From contig NC_087250.1 of assembly GCF_037042905.1 (NCBI RefSeq), positions 17,238,001 to 17,302,000 on the forward strand: a DNA stretch of 64,000 nt, written 5' to 3'. Within the stretch, counting starts at the first letter, position 1. The number at the start of each line of letters is the position of its first letter. This DNA is from Lytechinus pictus (taxonomy: Eukaryota). Below are positions 1 to 13,221 of this stretch, one piece after another. The notes beneath the pieces were generated by a model, which saw only the letters and a program-made list of their open reading frames with translations, did not search any database and was not told the origin of the DNA. A program made the position numbers and the translations under genes.

Positions 1-573
1 ACTTCCGTACCATTCACCATCAACGGTACTCCACCCCCGATGTCGTCGACCAAGCAAAGGATCTGCGTTCACAGCCTCCTACCCCTCCCGTTCAGAAGCC
101 ACCTACTTCTAACAGGTTACGACCGGGAGGTTTGACCGGGTCGGCGAGGGGTAAAGGGGGAATCGGAAGGAATGTTAAGACAGCGTTGGGTAACATCTCG
201 AAGGCTCTGGTAAGCTCCACATGCTTTCATCATCCTCTTGAAAATTCTGATTAATTATATTTGTACATCTAGATCTGTACATCCGCCAGGCTTCCTCACG
301 ACCGTCCTTTAAATCATTGCTTAAAACTTACCTGTCTCTTTCCTAAATCGTTGTACAGTATCATTGAAAATGCCTTATGCTTAACTTTGCTTTAATTATG
401 CTTGGTTTTATTATGAAGCTATATCAGTAATTTCTATTCTTTAGCTAATTTGCATTCTTAAAATAACTTTGTTTTATATTATGTTAATATTTATGTCTTA
501 CACTGTAAAGTGCATAGACAGCTTTCTTATTATGTGCTTAATAAATCTATCTTATCATTATTATTATTATTTT
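1..573 (+). mobile_element. Decayed 3' end of an L2/CR1-group LINE
   Basis: About 305-337 translates to SFKSLLKTYLS, a typical L2 ORF2 C-terminus. It is followed by an AT-rich 3'UTR ending in AATAAA and a (TTA)n tail near 555-573. Confidence 0.55.
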
Positions 574-1739
574 ATAAATGACCTGTTATGGGTTGCCTAT
601 CATATGGATTGTTCCTTTTCTAGCTGCTACCTGTTTTGCAATGTCAATGTTTCTGTATTGATGTTAATGTAGTAATATTTTTTACTTTTTTGTATAATTG
701 TTTTACTAATATTATATTTACTTCCATTTTTATTTTGTTGCAAAATAAGATAAATTTATATTAAATTAATTTTCACATTCAGAAATATTTAGTGGTAAAG
801 GTTTCAGTTAACGATAATGCTTAATTTAATTCACCTTTGTATGGTTATATACCATTATTTTGGTACCACAAAAACCTTAAAATAACCTTAAAAACAGAAA
901 TACTGAAGTTTTGTTTTCCGATTCTATCATTAATTGTTTCGCTCTAACGTTCCAGTTATTGATGCAATTTTACTCTGATGGATGCATGTCCAAAAGCTTC
1001 AGTATGTCAGTTTTTAGGTCTATTTTACGATAAGTTGTTTTACTCACAAAGCCGTTAGAAATGTACTTCATTTTCCCATAATGTATTTTTTATACACATA
1101 TTGTAAGCTTGTGGCAGATCCAGCCTTGTTAGATATAACAGCATTTCATTGGCCATATTGTCTGTACACAATTGTGTCGAGTTTGGTTAGTTCTGTCTCT
1201 GCTTTACCCCAAACTGGTTGTATAGGACTACATTTTATTTTATCTTCTTGTTATTTTTAACTAACCTTTCTTCTTTTCTTTTTTGTCTACTTCTCTTACT
1301 TTTCTTGCTCTCCTTCATCTTCTTCTCATTCTTCTTTTTCTTCTTCTTCTTCTTTTCTTTCTTCTTTTTTTTTTCTTCTTCTTTTTCTTCTACTTCTAGC
1401 TTCTTCTTTGTTTTATATTGCATGTTTTGACTGTGTTCTATATTACCCTTTTATCATAAATAGGCTTAATATGCAGTAGTATGTTATTTATTGCATTCAG
1501 TCTATGATATACATGTACTTTTTAATTATGTAAATAATACCATTGTTATGAAACTACACCTTTTCATATATTGTATATCCATTTGCAGTTCTGTCTTTGT
1601 AACTGCGATGCATGATATAATAAATACCATACCATACTAATACACGCAAATATGATAAAGTACGCATATCTGGAAAATACTTATAGATGTTGTTAATTTC
1701 TCAATACTCAAGTTATTGTTATATTCCATTTTTCTTCAG

Positions 1740-2040
1740 AGCAAAGAGCATATAGACAAGGTTGGGGTAAGTACACCAGACCTACGCTACGTATCGTCCT
1801 CTTTGCCTCCCACGCCAATCCACGAACATGAACAACACCATCAGCATGGTACGTCAGCCCCGGATGAACAGGATGGTTTCCGCAACCCTGGGGTACACCT
1901 GGGCGTGTCCAGTCTAGGGGGTGCGTTGCTGGCGCCGCCCGCTTCCCTCCAGAGAGCCGTGTCGGAGGAGAGTTTGCTGAAAGAGAAGGAGGAGAGAGAG
2001 AAAGGAGATGTCTCAGGTCTTGCAACATTGCCTAGAGGAA
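1740..2040 (+). CDS. RAB11FIP: Internal coding exon of a class I Rab11 family-interacting protein
   Basis: Acceptor tttttcttcAG at 1738-39 and donor GTATGT at 2041. The open frame reads SKEHIDKV...LATLPRG and is GC-richer than its flanks. Its phase-1 end matches the phase of the next exon. Confidence 0.75.
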
Positions 2041-2247
2041 GTATGTACTCTTGCCATATAGAACCCCTCCCTCCCCCACCCGGTCAAAAAAAATAACAGA
2101 AAGTCACTGTGGAAGAGAAGATGAGATAGTCAGACCTGTTTAGAAGTGGGTTTTAGTACAGACTTAAAAACAATTCTAACAATAGCGCTTCACATACAAT
2201 ATGGGGAGATTATTCCATAGCAGAGGAGCTATAACCGAGAAGGATTA

Positions 2248-2556
2248 AAAATAATGATGATAATAATGATATAGGTATATTTACCCAGGGTACATGTAGT
2301 CACTTCAGTTCCGAAAACTTTTCTACCAGCGGGCCCTGCTATTATTATTACCCCGGCTTCAGCTTAATAGCTGCCTAGGCGCTCAAGCATTCAAGGAATT
2401 TCTTCCTACCGGGTACCCATTCACCTCACCTGGGTTGAGTGCAGCACAATGTGGATGAGTTTCTTGCTGAAGGAAAACTACGCCATGGCTGGGATTCGAA
2501 CCCACGACCCTCTGTTTTCAAAGTCAGAAGACTAATCCACTGGGCCACGACGCTCC
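2248..2556 (-). mobile_element. tRNA-derived SINE (family A)
   Basis: Reverse complement of the full copy at 15461-15748, with A box, B box (GGTTCGAATCC) and the core CCACATTGTGCTGCACTCAACCCAGGTG...AATGGGTACC. Confidence 0.85.
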
Positions 2557-2650
2557 TTTGATGCAATTAAAGCCTTCAAGGCGATGATGCCCTATGTTCT
2601 ATACTTGATATTTACCTAACGTTTCGATTGATATTACGTTACCTTTGCAG

Positions 2651-2829
2651 GGCACGTGAAAAGAGAGAATCGTCACAAGAAGGCGATGAGTGCGTGCTTC
2701 ACGGTGGAGGAATTCAGTCAGGCAAACAAAGGTGACGTGACCCCTGACCTGCAGAAGACGACTCACGAGAGTAAAGAGAAGCATACGAAGCAGAGTTCGA
2801 CCAGCAAATACGATACGCTTACTAAACAG
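2651..2829 (+). CDS. RAB11FIP: Penultimate coding exon of Rab11-FIP
   Basis: Acceptor ctttgcAG at 2649-50 and donor CAG|GTTAGT at 2830. Reads (R)HVKRENRHKK...SKYDTLTKQ; YDTLTKQ matches the Y-x-x-L-T start of the FIP Rab11-binding domain. Confidence 0.85.
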
Positions 2830-2880
2830 GTTAGTTGATGCATCAAGGATTCTTCTGATAAAGAAAATTTAACGATAACC

Positions 2881-3013
2881 AGGGGCCCGTAACACAAATC
2901 TTAGCAATGATCGTATAACAGTTTTCTACGATCGATTGCATTGACTACAATGTACAATCAATCATAAAACGCAAGCGTACGATTAATCGCTAACCTTTGT
3001 GTTACTGGCCCCA
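2881..3013. mobile_element. Small MITE (GGGGCCCGTAACACAAA family)
   Basis: Terminal inverted repeats ggggcccgtaacacaaa / tttgtgttactggcccc. A second copy lies at about 20076-20216. Confidence 0.75.
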
Positions 3014-3850
3014 GAAACCTCCATTCTTCAAGTAAAAATCTTCTCACTGTTCCAATCTCCTCAACCCAAACACATGGCTCTTATGCACTCTCAAAAGCAG
3101 CACCTGTCTTGTGGAATGGGCTTCCTAAACTTAGAGGCCCGTATTCTGAAGTCAGGTATAACTTAGACCATGGTCTAACTCTGTGCTAAAATTATGGAAA
3201 GCCAAATATGTCAAAATTTTCACTTACATTGTATATTTCTTATGATTATTGTGCTCTTTTCTAACTCGTCATGGTGAAGAGAGCTATCTTATTTATCCTT
3301 CCGAAACAGTTAAGAATGATTTGAGAGAAAAATGAGCTGATACATTGAAATCATAGTACTGTTATAGATTTATGACACTGTTGGCTATCCACACTTAAAC
3401 CACAACTTTAAACCCAAGTTTAAATTAAACCTGACTTCAGAATACGGACCAGAGTCATTGGAAGCTCTGACAGCTTTGGGAGAGCCATAAAAACTTATTT
3501 ATTCTGTGGGCTTCAATATGGATTCAGTCTGGATCTGGATGCATTGTCATTCTTTTATCTCTGCACCCATGTATCGATAGCTGGATGCAGGCAGGAGAAT
3601 ACTCACATACATCCAGATCTAGGCATGGTTTACGTTCATATACATAAGTTGCACCCTTTCTTTGATATTTTTAGTTCCTTCACATCATATTTAGTTTATG
3701 TTATTGTTATAATTTTACTGTCTTTTGCATATAGTATTATGTTTATTTGTAATTGTAAAGCGCATCTAGAGAACTATACTAGTTATTATGCGCTTAATGA
3801 ATATTCTCTTTTATTATTATTATTATTATTATTGTTATTAATAATAATAT
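3014..3850 (+). mobile_element. L2-like LINE 3' fragment interrupted by a MITE (3135-3450)
   Basis: KAAPVLWNGLP continues after the MITE as RVIGSSDSFGRAIKTYLF, then a 3'UTR and (TTA)n tail. The MITE has TIRs aggcccgtattctgaagtcagg / cctgacttcagaatacggacc. Confidence 0.7.
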
Positions 3851-4345
3851 ATACTGATTTATATAGCGCAGAAACTATGTGCATATATTCTACTGCGCTG
3901 CAATTAAGAGCTAGTGAAATGCTTGAGAACAAATTTTAAAAAGGGGGTGAAGAAATGTATGGGAATCATTTGAACAGATAGGTTTTTAGTTTAAGTTTGA
4001 ACGTTTCTACTGATGGACAGGATCTTATTACATACGGCAAACCATTCCATAATTTTGGGGCTGCACAGGCAAAAGCACAACCTCCCAAAGTTATCTTTGT
4101 ATTATGAGTGGGGATGTAAAGGAGCAAATTATCATGAGAACTACGCAGGTTGTGAGAGTGTCTGTGAACTTTTCTTTGTAACAGCTCAGAAATATAACCG
4201 GGGGCTTGGCCACTTAGTGCCTTGTATAGGATTAACAAAATCTTGAAAGATATTCGTTGGCGAACTGGAAGCCAGTGCAGATCTTTTAAGACGGGTGATC
4301 TTTGAAAATCTAGATTGACTACAAATCAGCCGTGCACATGCGTTC
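3840..4345 (-). mobile_element. L2-like LINE 3' fragment
   Basis: ORF 3966-4238(-) YKALSGQAPGYISELL...GGCAFACAAPKLWNGLP...FKLKLKTYLF is the canonical L2 ORF2 C-terminus. It lies tail-to-tail with the preceding fragment. Confidence 0.85.
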
Positions 4346-4579
4346 TTTATTATTATTATTATTAATCAAAACTCATATTGGTAAGAAATAGTCTTGATTC
4401 TATTTCTACTTGGTGTATTGTGGTAGAATGCCTTCATTATGTTAAAAAATAAAAATAAAAACAATGCAATGCAATACCACCACATGATCTATCAAAATAG
4501 TCTGTTCATACTCATCAGGTTAGGCTGATAGGTATGCCACTGATCTTCTCGTATTTTCTTTTCTTCTTTGTACAATAAT

Positions 4580-4780
4580 AATATAGGATTAATAAGTGCA
4601 CATATCCACCTTGTTAGGTGCTCAAGGCGCTCCTATATTACCCCGACTAAGCTAGTCTACCAATAGCAATGCGCACATCTTTTTTGAGGAATTACTTTCT
4701 GCCGGTACCCAATTTTACCCCACTTGGGTTGAGTGCAGCACAATGTGGGCAAATTTCTTGCTGAAGGAAAACATGCCATG
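4580..4780 (-). mobile_element. SINE family A, partial; other partial copies at ~8100-8390, ~12480-12700, ~27640-27800
   Basis: All share the core GGTACCCA..T.CACCTGGGTTGAGTGCAGCACAATGTGG..AATTTCTTGCTGAAGGAAA. Confidence 0.75.
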
Positions 4781-4903
4781 TAAGAGCATCTTGTGCTACT
4801 GCAAGAGGCCCAAATGGTCTATCTTTGGACGAAACTTTGTCATTGTCTTCCTTGATTTTAGCTCAAGATGGCGCTATTCCAAATACATCTTCTTTTTTTA
4901 CAG

Positions 4904-5056
4904 CAACTCGTTAACCTGGTCCAACAGCAAGAATCCATTTTATCCGATAATATTCAACAAATCAAGGAGCTTGAAGCTTATATTGAGAAGCTTCTACTGC
5001 GTGTGATGATGGAGTCCCCAGATCTTCTCGATATGAACCGTCCCATCAAGTTTTGA
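4904..5056 (+). CDS. RAB11FIP: Terminal coding exon of Rab11-FIP (C-terminal Rab11-binding domain)
   Basis: Acceptor ttttttacAG at 4902-03, phase 0. QLVNLVQQQESILSDNIQQIKELEAYIEKLLLRVMMESPDLL matches the class I FIP motif ELEDYIDNLLVRVMEETPxIL. Stop TGA at 5054-56. Confidence 0.9.
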   Translation, partial: QLVNLVQQQESILSDNIQQIKELEAYIEKLLLRVMMESPDLLDMNRPIKF

Positions 5057-5110
5057 TCGTTTCATCAAGGTGTCTATGACCCAACAGTAAATAGGTATGA
5101 TTACTTTGCT

Positions 5111-5473
5111 TTAAAGATAAATAACAGTTGTGGTGACGATCTCAAAATTAGTTCAAACTGAAGGCAATGAAATTACCACCCAAATGTGCCAAACGGCTCT
5201 GGAAGAAAATGTGTAATTGATGAGAAATGAGGGAAATAAGCATGGAATTTCATCAAATGTCGAGTATTTTTTCAAGCATTATTAATACACTGTCCCACAG
5301 TCTTTTCTGTTTTGGTGATCATCAGAATTATCTGTTTTGGGCTAAGATTTCATGATTTTATAAAGACAAGATTACATCAATTACATCCAGACCTAGATAT
5401 ATGATAATGTGGTGACAATTAACCTTTCTCATGAAAGATTTTTTTTGCTGCAACTACTTTCTTCTACCTTTAA
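5111..5473. mobile_element. TTAA-bounded MITE (Kolobok-like) just downstream of the Rab11-FIP stop
   Basis: Imperfect TIR ttaaagataaataacagttg / caactacttcttctacctttaa. Confidence 0.45.
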
Positions 5474-5696
5474 TTGTTTGAAAAGTGTTCAGTTGGTACA
5501 GAGAAATGTGTGGGCTTTGTTTGGTATAGTAAGGAAAAAGTAGTGGTTTTGATGTAAAACTCAATGTGAAACGTTCAAATAAGTCTTGAGCGTTTCATCA
5601 AGGTTTATAGTTTGCTCTTTGGTGTAATATGACACGACCAGTATTGCTTGTAAAGACCCATCTACCCATGACTATAATTTTGCTTATTAATCAACC

Positions 5697-5970
5697 AGGG
5701 GCCTGTCTTACAAAGAGTTGTGATTGATTCGATCAATCACAACTATGGAAACCCAGCAAAGTCAACATATTAATAAATGGTTGTTCAAAAAGAAATTCTA
5801 GTTATGAATGTATATCCATAAATTCATTGATTTCTTGACAATTTGGTGTGTTCTCCTTTGTTTAAAAAGGACATTTTGCAAATTTGCTGTAGAAAAAATT
5901 ATGACATTGATGGATTTCCATAGAGTTACGATTGATCCAATCAATCATAACTCTTTTTAAGACGGGGCCC
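5697..5970. mobile_element. MITE family GGGCCCGTCTTACAAAGAG; copies also at ~14001-14275, ~14719-15060, ~15060-15281, ~54516-55266
   Basis: About 40-bp TIR ggggcc.gtcttacaaagagtt..gattgat / atcaatc..aactctttgtaagacgggccc, with shared internal sequence across copies. Confidence 0.85.
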
Positions 5971-6589
5971 AGAAGTAATTTTCTGCCTCGGTCATTCAGT
6001 AAAATAATCTATGTTTATACTCCACGTACGTAGTCATGATGTTGGATTCTGAATTTGATTTAAAAGCTGAATTATTATCTTTTCTTTGTTTTTTCTTTAA
6101 TTTGACTTTAATATCACAGGGTCAGATGTGTTGCTTCAAACAAGAAAGAGGAATCATGGCGTTTCATGCATGATTTCGTATGCATTAGACAGGTAACAGT
6201 AATCATCCGAGTTTGCAGGATCCCATACCTAATCAAGAGATATAGGATTATGATTCATCATGAATATTCATGAATTAAAATTACACCAATCTGCATGTAT
6301 AGACTATGTTATGAATATTCATGATTGTTATGATCATAGGATGTAACATGCACACAGCCTTGATTATGAATATTCATAGCCACTGTATTCATCAACTGTG
6401 ACCATCTATCTTCATGTGAAGTCCATCAACAGAATTGATATAATTGATGATGAATATTCATGAAGAGACTGCGTTGCATAGCAAGCGAGAATGTGGATGT
6501 ACCTGCCATTAAAATGCATACTCCAAATATACTTCAACTCGTTTCTTGCACTTTGCTGTATTGAAGTCGATGTCAAGTTGGCTGGATCT

Positions 6590-6872
6590 GGGTTGTTCGA
6601 GGGCATACTGGATCAAACCGGATCTTACTAGATCATACTCGATCATAGTGGTTCAAACTGGATTGTACTGGGTTGTACTGGATCTTACTAGATCATAATG
6701 GAACCTACTGGATCAGAGTGGATCCTGCTGAATTGTACTAGATCATACTGGATCACACTGGATTTTACCAGATCATACTGGATCATAGAACAATGTAGAT
6801 TGCAGTGGATCATACTCGATTATACCGGGTTGTTCTAGATCTTACTAGGTATCAGGATTGTTCGTACCAGAT
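6590..6872. repeat. 10-bp-unit degenerate minisatellite (GATCATACTG)
   Basis: Consecutive gatcatactg / gatcttacta / gattgtactg units in 10-bp register. Confidence 0.85.
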
Positions 6873-7045
6873 CTTTATCTCACCTAATCTTACATGACAA
6901 GTTTTCATGATCTGCTGATCTTTGAAGCTGAAAAATATACATGTACCTCAAACCACAAGGCAGGAATGCACTATTTAATTGGAAATGAGTCTACACTCTC
7001 TGGTACAAGGACCCAGTTTTACAGCAATATCAGGAAGATAGTCTA

Positions 7046-7443
7046 AAGGCGACCTCACAACTTACGATAGGTCTGAGACTCACTTTTAGAATAAAATGTA
7101 GTAGAATTTGATGGTAATATTGACCTTTGGAATATCTTACTGTGTAATGTTAGAAATCATTGTACGAATACCTATGTTTAAATCTGTGACTATGCTATCA
7201 TCTTTCTTAGCATGAAAGCAAATTTAATATCCAGTCGTACGATTGGCTACGATTTGAAACTAATTTGGCCTTTACTCCAAAATAAAGGCTTGCAATCTTT
7301 CAAAATGGTTATATTAGTATTCTTTCAATTAATTTAAACCTCAAATAGAATGATATGTTCCATTCACATTTTCAGAAAACGAGCAAAATGCGATTTGTTC
7401 CAAAAATCGGATCGCGAACAGTCGTAAGGTGTGCGGTGGCCTT
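7046..7443. mobile_element. MITE
   Basis: TIR aaggcgacctcacaacttacga / tcgtaaggtgtgcggtggcctt. Confidence 0.6.
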
Positions 7444-8859
7444 TATTTTTACTTCAAACAGTACCTATGAGCCTATGATCAAAATACATGTACATGTAGG
7501 TCAACTAGGGGGTTGTTTGAGGGTCAGTCATATTTTTTTGAAATCTTATGTAAATTGTGACAAAAAGGATGATGCTCTTTGCGTGTAAGTTCGTCTAATG
7601 ATGCTTTCAAATTTCATTTTGTAAAATGACATTTGACAAATGGTGATGTTGAATGTCATCATGTGATTAATCACATGACGAGACATGTGACTTGCTATTC
7701 ACTATGCATGCCTTAATACCTGTTTCTGATCATTGATTTATGCCCATCATCAATTTATAAGAATTTAACACTAAAGATCAGTATTGTCATGTAGATCTTT
7801 TCTATGTGTTATAATTCTTATAACTATGCAGTGCCTATATCATGAAAACCTTTAAAGCTTATTATTATATAGCATACATGTAGTACTCAAAAGTACACAC
7901 ATACATGTATTCTGGCAAAAAATGCATGCCAGAATGTATACTATCAAGTATTATATTGCTCTTATAATATGTTTTCTAGAATGTAAAAAATATACCCAAC
8001 CAGATAGAATGTCCTTTTTTTATTACCTCTCTGTTATTTTTTTTTATTTTGTATTCATTCAAATGAAATAGGATTAGTTTGCTCAGTGAACAGTAATAAT
8101 AATTACATTAAACAGTTCTTGTATAGTGCATATCACAATATAATGCAATGTCTCAATGCGCCTCCAAAGACTTGGATATTGTTACCATCGCTTTAGCTTG
8201 TCAGACGTTTTTCTTTTTATTAGCGCAAAAGCATTTCAAGTACTAAAGAATTCCTGCCAGGTACCCATTTATCTCACTTGGGTTGACTGCAGCACATTTC
8301 AATTTCATTTTGAAGGAAACTATGCTGTGACTTTGAACCCAGAACTCTTATGTTGCAAAGAGACCAATCCACAGGGTCACAATGCTCCACATTTGAGACC
8401 TATATAAGCTCTCTTCAACATTTTATTTTGTTTATTTGTTTAAAAAAACAGGGAAGCCCATTCACCAATGTGTTGGTCTCCCATGGGGACCTGTGACAAT
8501 GTACATAGCATAACATAACAATTACAACAATTCATTTAGCATCATAATAAGAGATGCATAGATAAATTGGTAAGTACAAATAAAGCTAAAGTGGCAAGTC
8601 AAAACATACCATTAACAATAAAAGTACAGTGATATAAAAAGCAGATGACATGAAATTATTAATATGTTGCCTCAGAGATTCTTTGAATCCCATATGTTTA
8701 ACACAGGGGCCCCCTGTTCCTGTAAGCACCGGGTTAAGACGTGTAATGTTACAATTACAATAAGTCGAAATCTGTAAAAAAAAAAAAAAAAAACATTGTA
8801 TTAATCCGATTCATACAATACAAACCTTTTATTCTAAACCAGTACTATTTCTGCTGATA

Positions 8860-10000
8860 CCCTATTTAAACATTCTTCATCCAGTACTCCCGTTATTTCA
8901 AGTTTTATTTATTAATATTTTAGTATTTTGAAAATAAGTTCTTGTCATTCTTATACATAGGGCTGATGTTTTAAATGAGTCAACTTCACAGTGGGTGTCT
9001 AGCGTATTCAAATTATCTTCATTCAGTACTGTTATTTCAAGTTTTATTCATTATGGTATTTCAAAAGTAACTACATTCTTATTCTGTTAAGTTGGGATGT
9101 TTCAAATGATTCAACTTCACTAGATTTCTAATGTATTCTCATTTTCTTCATTCAGTACTGTTATTTCGGTTATTTATTATGGCATTTCAAAAGTAACATG
9201 TCATTTTGATTATTTTGGCTGATGTTTGAATAGTCCACCTCCACAGTAATTATCTGGTATATTCTTATTTTCTACTCTGTTTTTTTTCCAGTTTTATTTA
9301 TCATGTTATTTCGAATGTAGCTACACTGTACTTGTCATTGTAAGTTAGGTTAATGTTTCAAGTGGGTCAACTCCGCACTGGGTATCTGATGAATTCAAAT
9401 ATTCTACATGCAGTAATGTTATTTCAAGTCTATTTGATTAAGTTACTCAATAGTAGCTACATGCTTTTCTGATACTAGTAATACAAGTTGGGCTGATATT
9501 TCAAATGACTCTGATTCCACTCACATTGGGTGATTTCAAGTCCGGTGTTGGCGTTGGTGTTGGTGTTTGAAGCACAATTTGGATTGCTTCCCCTAGCTCC
9601 AAAACCTGTTCTGAGTTTGTAAAATTGATCCAGATCACATTATTGACACCTCCACAACTAGTGAGTGACTTTTCAGGACCATCTTCATTTTATGTTTGGT
9701 GTTATACTCATGTTTCCTAGGTAATTGGTTATATACCAGCTTGGCGTTTACCAGCAAAACACTGTCCTGCTGAGTTCCTACGAGAGTACCATAAACATAA
9801 ATGTAAAGATTGACCTAACACCAACACCGAAAGGTCAACACTGAACTTGAAATCACCCAACAGATATCTCCTGTATTCAAATATTCTATATTCAGTATTT
9901 TTATGCTACATGGAGTTTTATTTATATTGGTATTTCTAAAGTAAATACTGGTCTATCTGAGTAGCTGTGCCCATGTTTCAAATGATTCAACTGGATATGT
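8860..10000. repeat. Degenerate ~125-140-bp tandem repeat array, interrupted by a MITE at ~9526-9860
   Basis: Recurring tcttcattcagtactgttatttcaagttttatt...gctgatgtttcaaatgagtcaacttcac units. The MITE TIR is ttgggtgatttcaagt / acttgaaatcacccaa. Confidence 0.7.
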
Positions 10001-11730
10001 TGAGGAAAAGAAGCCTGCAAATAACAATTTATATTTACAAAAACGTCAAGAAGACAATAAATGTTGATATCAAGAAAGTGACGATTCCTTGCCCTTTTCA
10101 AGGTCTCTGTGCTTGCTAAATTCAGTCTTGCAGGCTGAGATGCAATTTCCAATGTAGTTTGTGGACTATGGATATATTGCTGTCAACCCTTCTATATTTT
10201 CTTTGTAAGCATAGATATGAAATTCATTTTCTCATTTTCTCATAATAGCTTAGGCTATTATTTTTAAAGTTAAGTGCCTAAATGCCTAGAAACTTTTGTA
10301 TCAAGGGCTATATAGATGATGCATTTTATTTTCATTACTCATTATTTCTCTCAATCATTTTTTTTTCAACAGTATGGATGCTGCATATCATGCATTTATT
10401 ATTTACTTTTGTCTGTTGAAAAAGTTCCTCAGAACTGGCAAATGCATGGCCTTATACACATATCAAAGCAGTACAGTGAGCAAAACAGACTGTCTGGCAT
10501 GGTTTATCTGAATGTATTTTCATAACATGTGTGTCAGTTGAAGTCATTTAGATATGTGTGCCAATGTAATGAATGTTGAACTGTTATTGGTAAGGTACAC
10601 GTCCCAGAATTTGTTGCCAATTTGAAGTTTTTGTTGTTATAGGTACTATGGTGTTTAGAGCATGGTATTATTCAACTTGATTTCATAACTATTAATGTAA
10701 TTCATTAATATGATTATGATTATTGTTTTGATTTGATATATGTATAAAGAATTCTTGGAATGTAATATACTTTGACACAAAAACAGATTTTTTTTTTCTG
10801 ATTATCTGCCAAATTATTTCAGGATTCTTGAGGAAGATAGTGTATGAATGACAAGAATCAAAATAAGAAAGACAGCTGATTTTGTTGTGTATGTACATTT
10901 ACACATTTTTTTCAATCATGTTTTGTTTTATGCTAGAATATTTTTGTAAGCATTTTTTGAAAATCATAGCTAATGTGTGCCTGACTTTCTGCATTTATTT
11001 GTGTGTTGAGTATCTTATTTTCTTGCCACTTTATGAGTATAGTACATAGGAACAAATGTATTTATTCACGTTGGCATGGATCTTTTGAATAGAATATCTC
11101 CATCTAGACATAATGCAAAAATATACGTTTCCTTCTAAAACTAGATTAAACTATCAATAACATTTGATCGAAGTGTGTCTAACTTCGACTATCTCCTGTG
11201 TGAAAATGAATTTTAACTCTTGTTTGAATATGATTTTGATATGATCACTCTTAATAACATTTTGTGAAATGTGTCTCCTGTGAAATTTGAAGAGTGACCC
11301 TTCAGTTTCATAAGAGTCTAAATTTTGGATAATAAACAACAGTCCTCATTAAGACCCTCATGGTGAATAACGAATACAGACCCTCATGTCAATTTACAAG
11401 AATTAGTAGCTGTCATACGACCAGCAGTCGCTTTACCCAAATTTGTACACATTGTAGATAATTTTTTTGTAATTATTTAAATGCAATGTTGTTTGAATTC
11501 ATGGCCATAATGTAAATTCTGTCTGTATAGTATCGAGACAGTCATATTTTGGATGTCCTTTTTTGAGGTGGAAATACAATTATGATTTTATGCTGCAAAT
11601 GCATTTGATAATGATGTTTCAGTGCCTGTATATTTAGTATTAATTTAAATTTCATTCAAGTATTATAGAATTCAGTTATGTTAGTGCTGTAATATGTAGA
11701 CAAGGGGAGGGTCCATAAGGCCGAGAGTAA

Positions 11731-11972
11731 GGCTTAAGTCACAACTCAAAGCGGCGACCGGCCAATTAGCCTGCTCTGGCGCCGCTGGAATTTAGGCATC
11801 GCCGAACGATTTTTGTAGAAGTCGAGCGCTAAATCTTGAGCTGTGACCGAGCGATGCCCCAAAAACCAGCGGTGCCCGGACGGCTGCCGTTCCGTGCCCG
11901 GGCAAAATTGGCTAAAAACTCGCCGCCCGGTTGCCAAGCAGGCTAAATTTTGGAGTTGTGAACTTAGCCTAA
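11731..11972. mobile_element. GC-rich MITE
   Basis: TIR aggcttaagtcacaactcaaa / tttggagttgtgaacttagcct. Confidence 0.65.
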
Positions 11973-13221
11973 TGTCGGTTTGTCTAAGTAAACACCAAAA
12001 GATTTTCCGTAAGCCCGATCTTGAATGTAAACTGAAGTATACATTCTAGAAAACGTCATGGTCATTTTAACCACATGAAAGTCAACAATGCTTCGGGGGA
12101 TGTTTTGACACCGAAGGCAAGGTTTTCTTAAAATTAATAGGCTATGCAGAAAATAATTTTCATATAGACAAACGTAATCCTTGTTCTCGTGGACCCTTAG
12201 TCACATAGGGAGATGCCCTAGATTTACTGGCCACATTGTATTTGTCATTGTTTATTTCTTCACCTCTTTCTATTTTGTAGAATTGTTTTAAATTTGAAAA
12301 GTGTGTTAGTTATGTAGTTAGTGTATTTTCTGAATTGATAAAAGCAAAATATTGATATTGTTGTAAGCAAGAGCTATATGCTCAGAAATGGTTGAGTAAA
12401 AATTTGCCCAACTGGGGTAAATGCATCTTTGTTCAGGTAATAATAACTGGATTTTTTTTTTAAAGCTCTTTTTGCCTGAGGATACAAAGCGCTAATATTA
12501 GGCAGCCATGCCACCTACAGGCGCTCTGGCATTCAAGGAATTTCTTACTTGCATGTACCCATTCACCTCACCTGGGTTGAGTGCAGCACAATGTGGGCAA
12601 ATTTCTTGCCGAATGAAAACATGTCATGGCTGTCAATTGAACCCATGTCTGCAAAGTGTAAGACGATAGTCATAACCACTAGACCACAACGCCCCCACAA
12701 AAATTGTGTTTCATTTAAAAAAAAAAAGCATGTTTCATTTAATTTCACACAGCATTGCATAACATTTACAATGTATTAGCAGTGGTTTTAACCAACAAAC
12801 ATGCATTTTCCCTTGTGAACCAAATATTGTGTAAACATTGTTAACAGTGTTCTAGCCACTTTTGGATCATGACTTTCTGCTCAAAGGATGTGAAACAAGT
12901 TTTCATTCATCATTGCCCCAGGAGGGGTCGAAAGAGATGCATTCGTCTTCGATCTCCTGAGAATCACCCATTGAATATACATCCTTCAATGCCTATAGCT
13001 TAATATCAGAAAGTCATCTTAGCCCGTCTGTTTTCAAGTTTGTTTTTTTGCAACCCATTTTCCTGGATCTGCAACTTAACCCTTGATTTGAGATTGATGA
13101 CGTCTTGTTTTAATGTATGAATGAAAAGTGCTTTTATAATTATATACCATTTTAGGTGTAGATGGGTTTGTTCAGTACACATGATGATCATCATAATTAG
13201 TACTGTTTCCATTTCAATACC

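Noticed and set aside
1218..1430. Phe-rich and Lys/Glu-rich ORFs (also 51009-51630, 30131-30382, 36806-37082)
   Set aside because: Low-complexity pyrimidine tracts.
12919..12959. Small hairpin caggag...ctcctg as an ncRNA or miRNA
   Set aside because: Only about 40 nt and imperfect; expected by chance in 64 kb.
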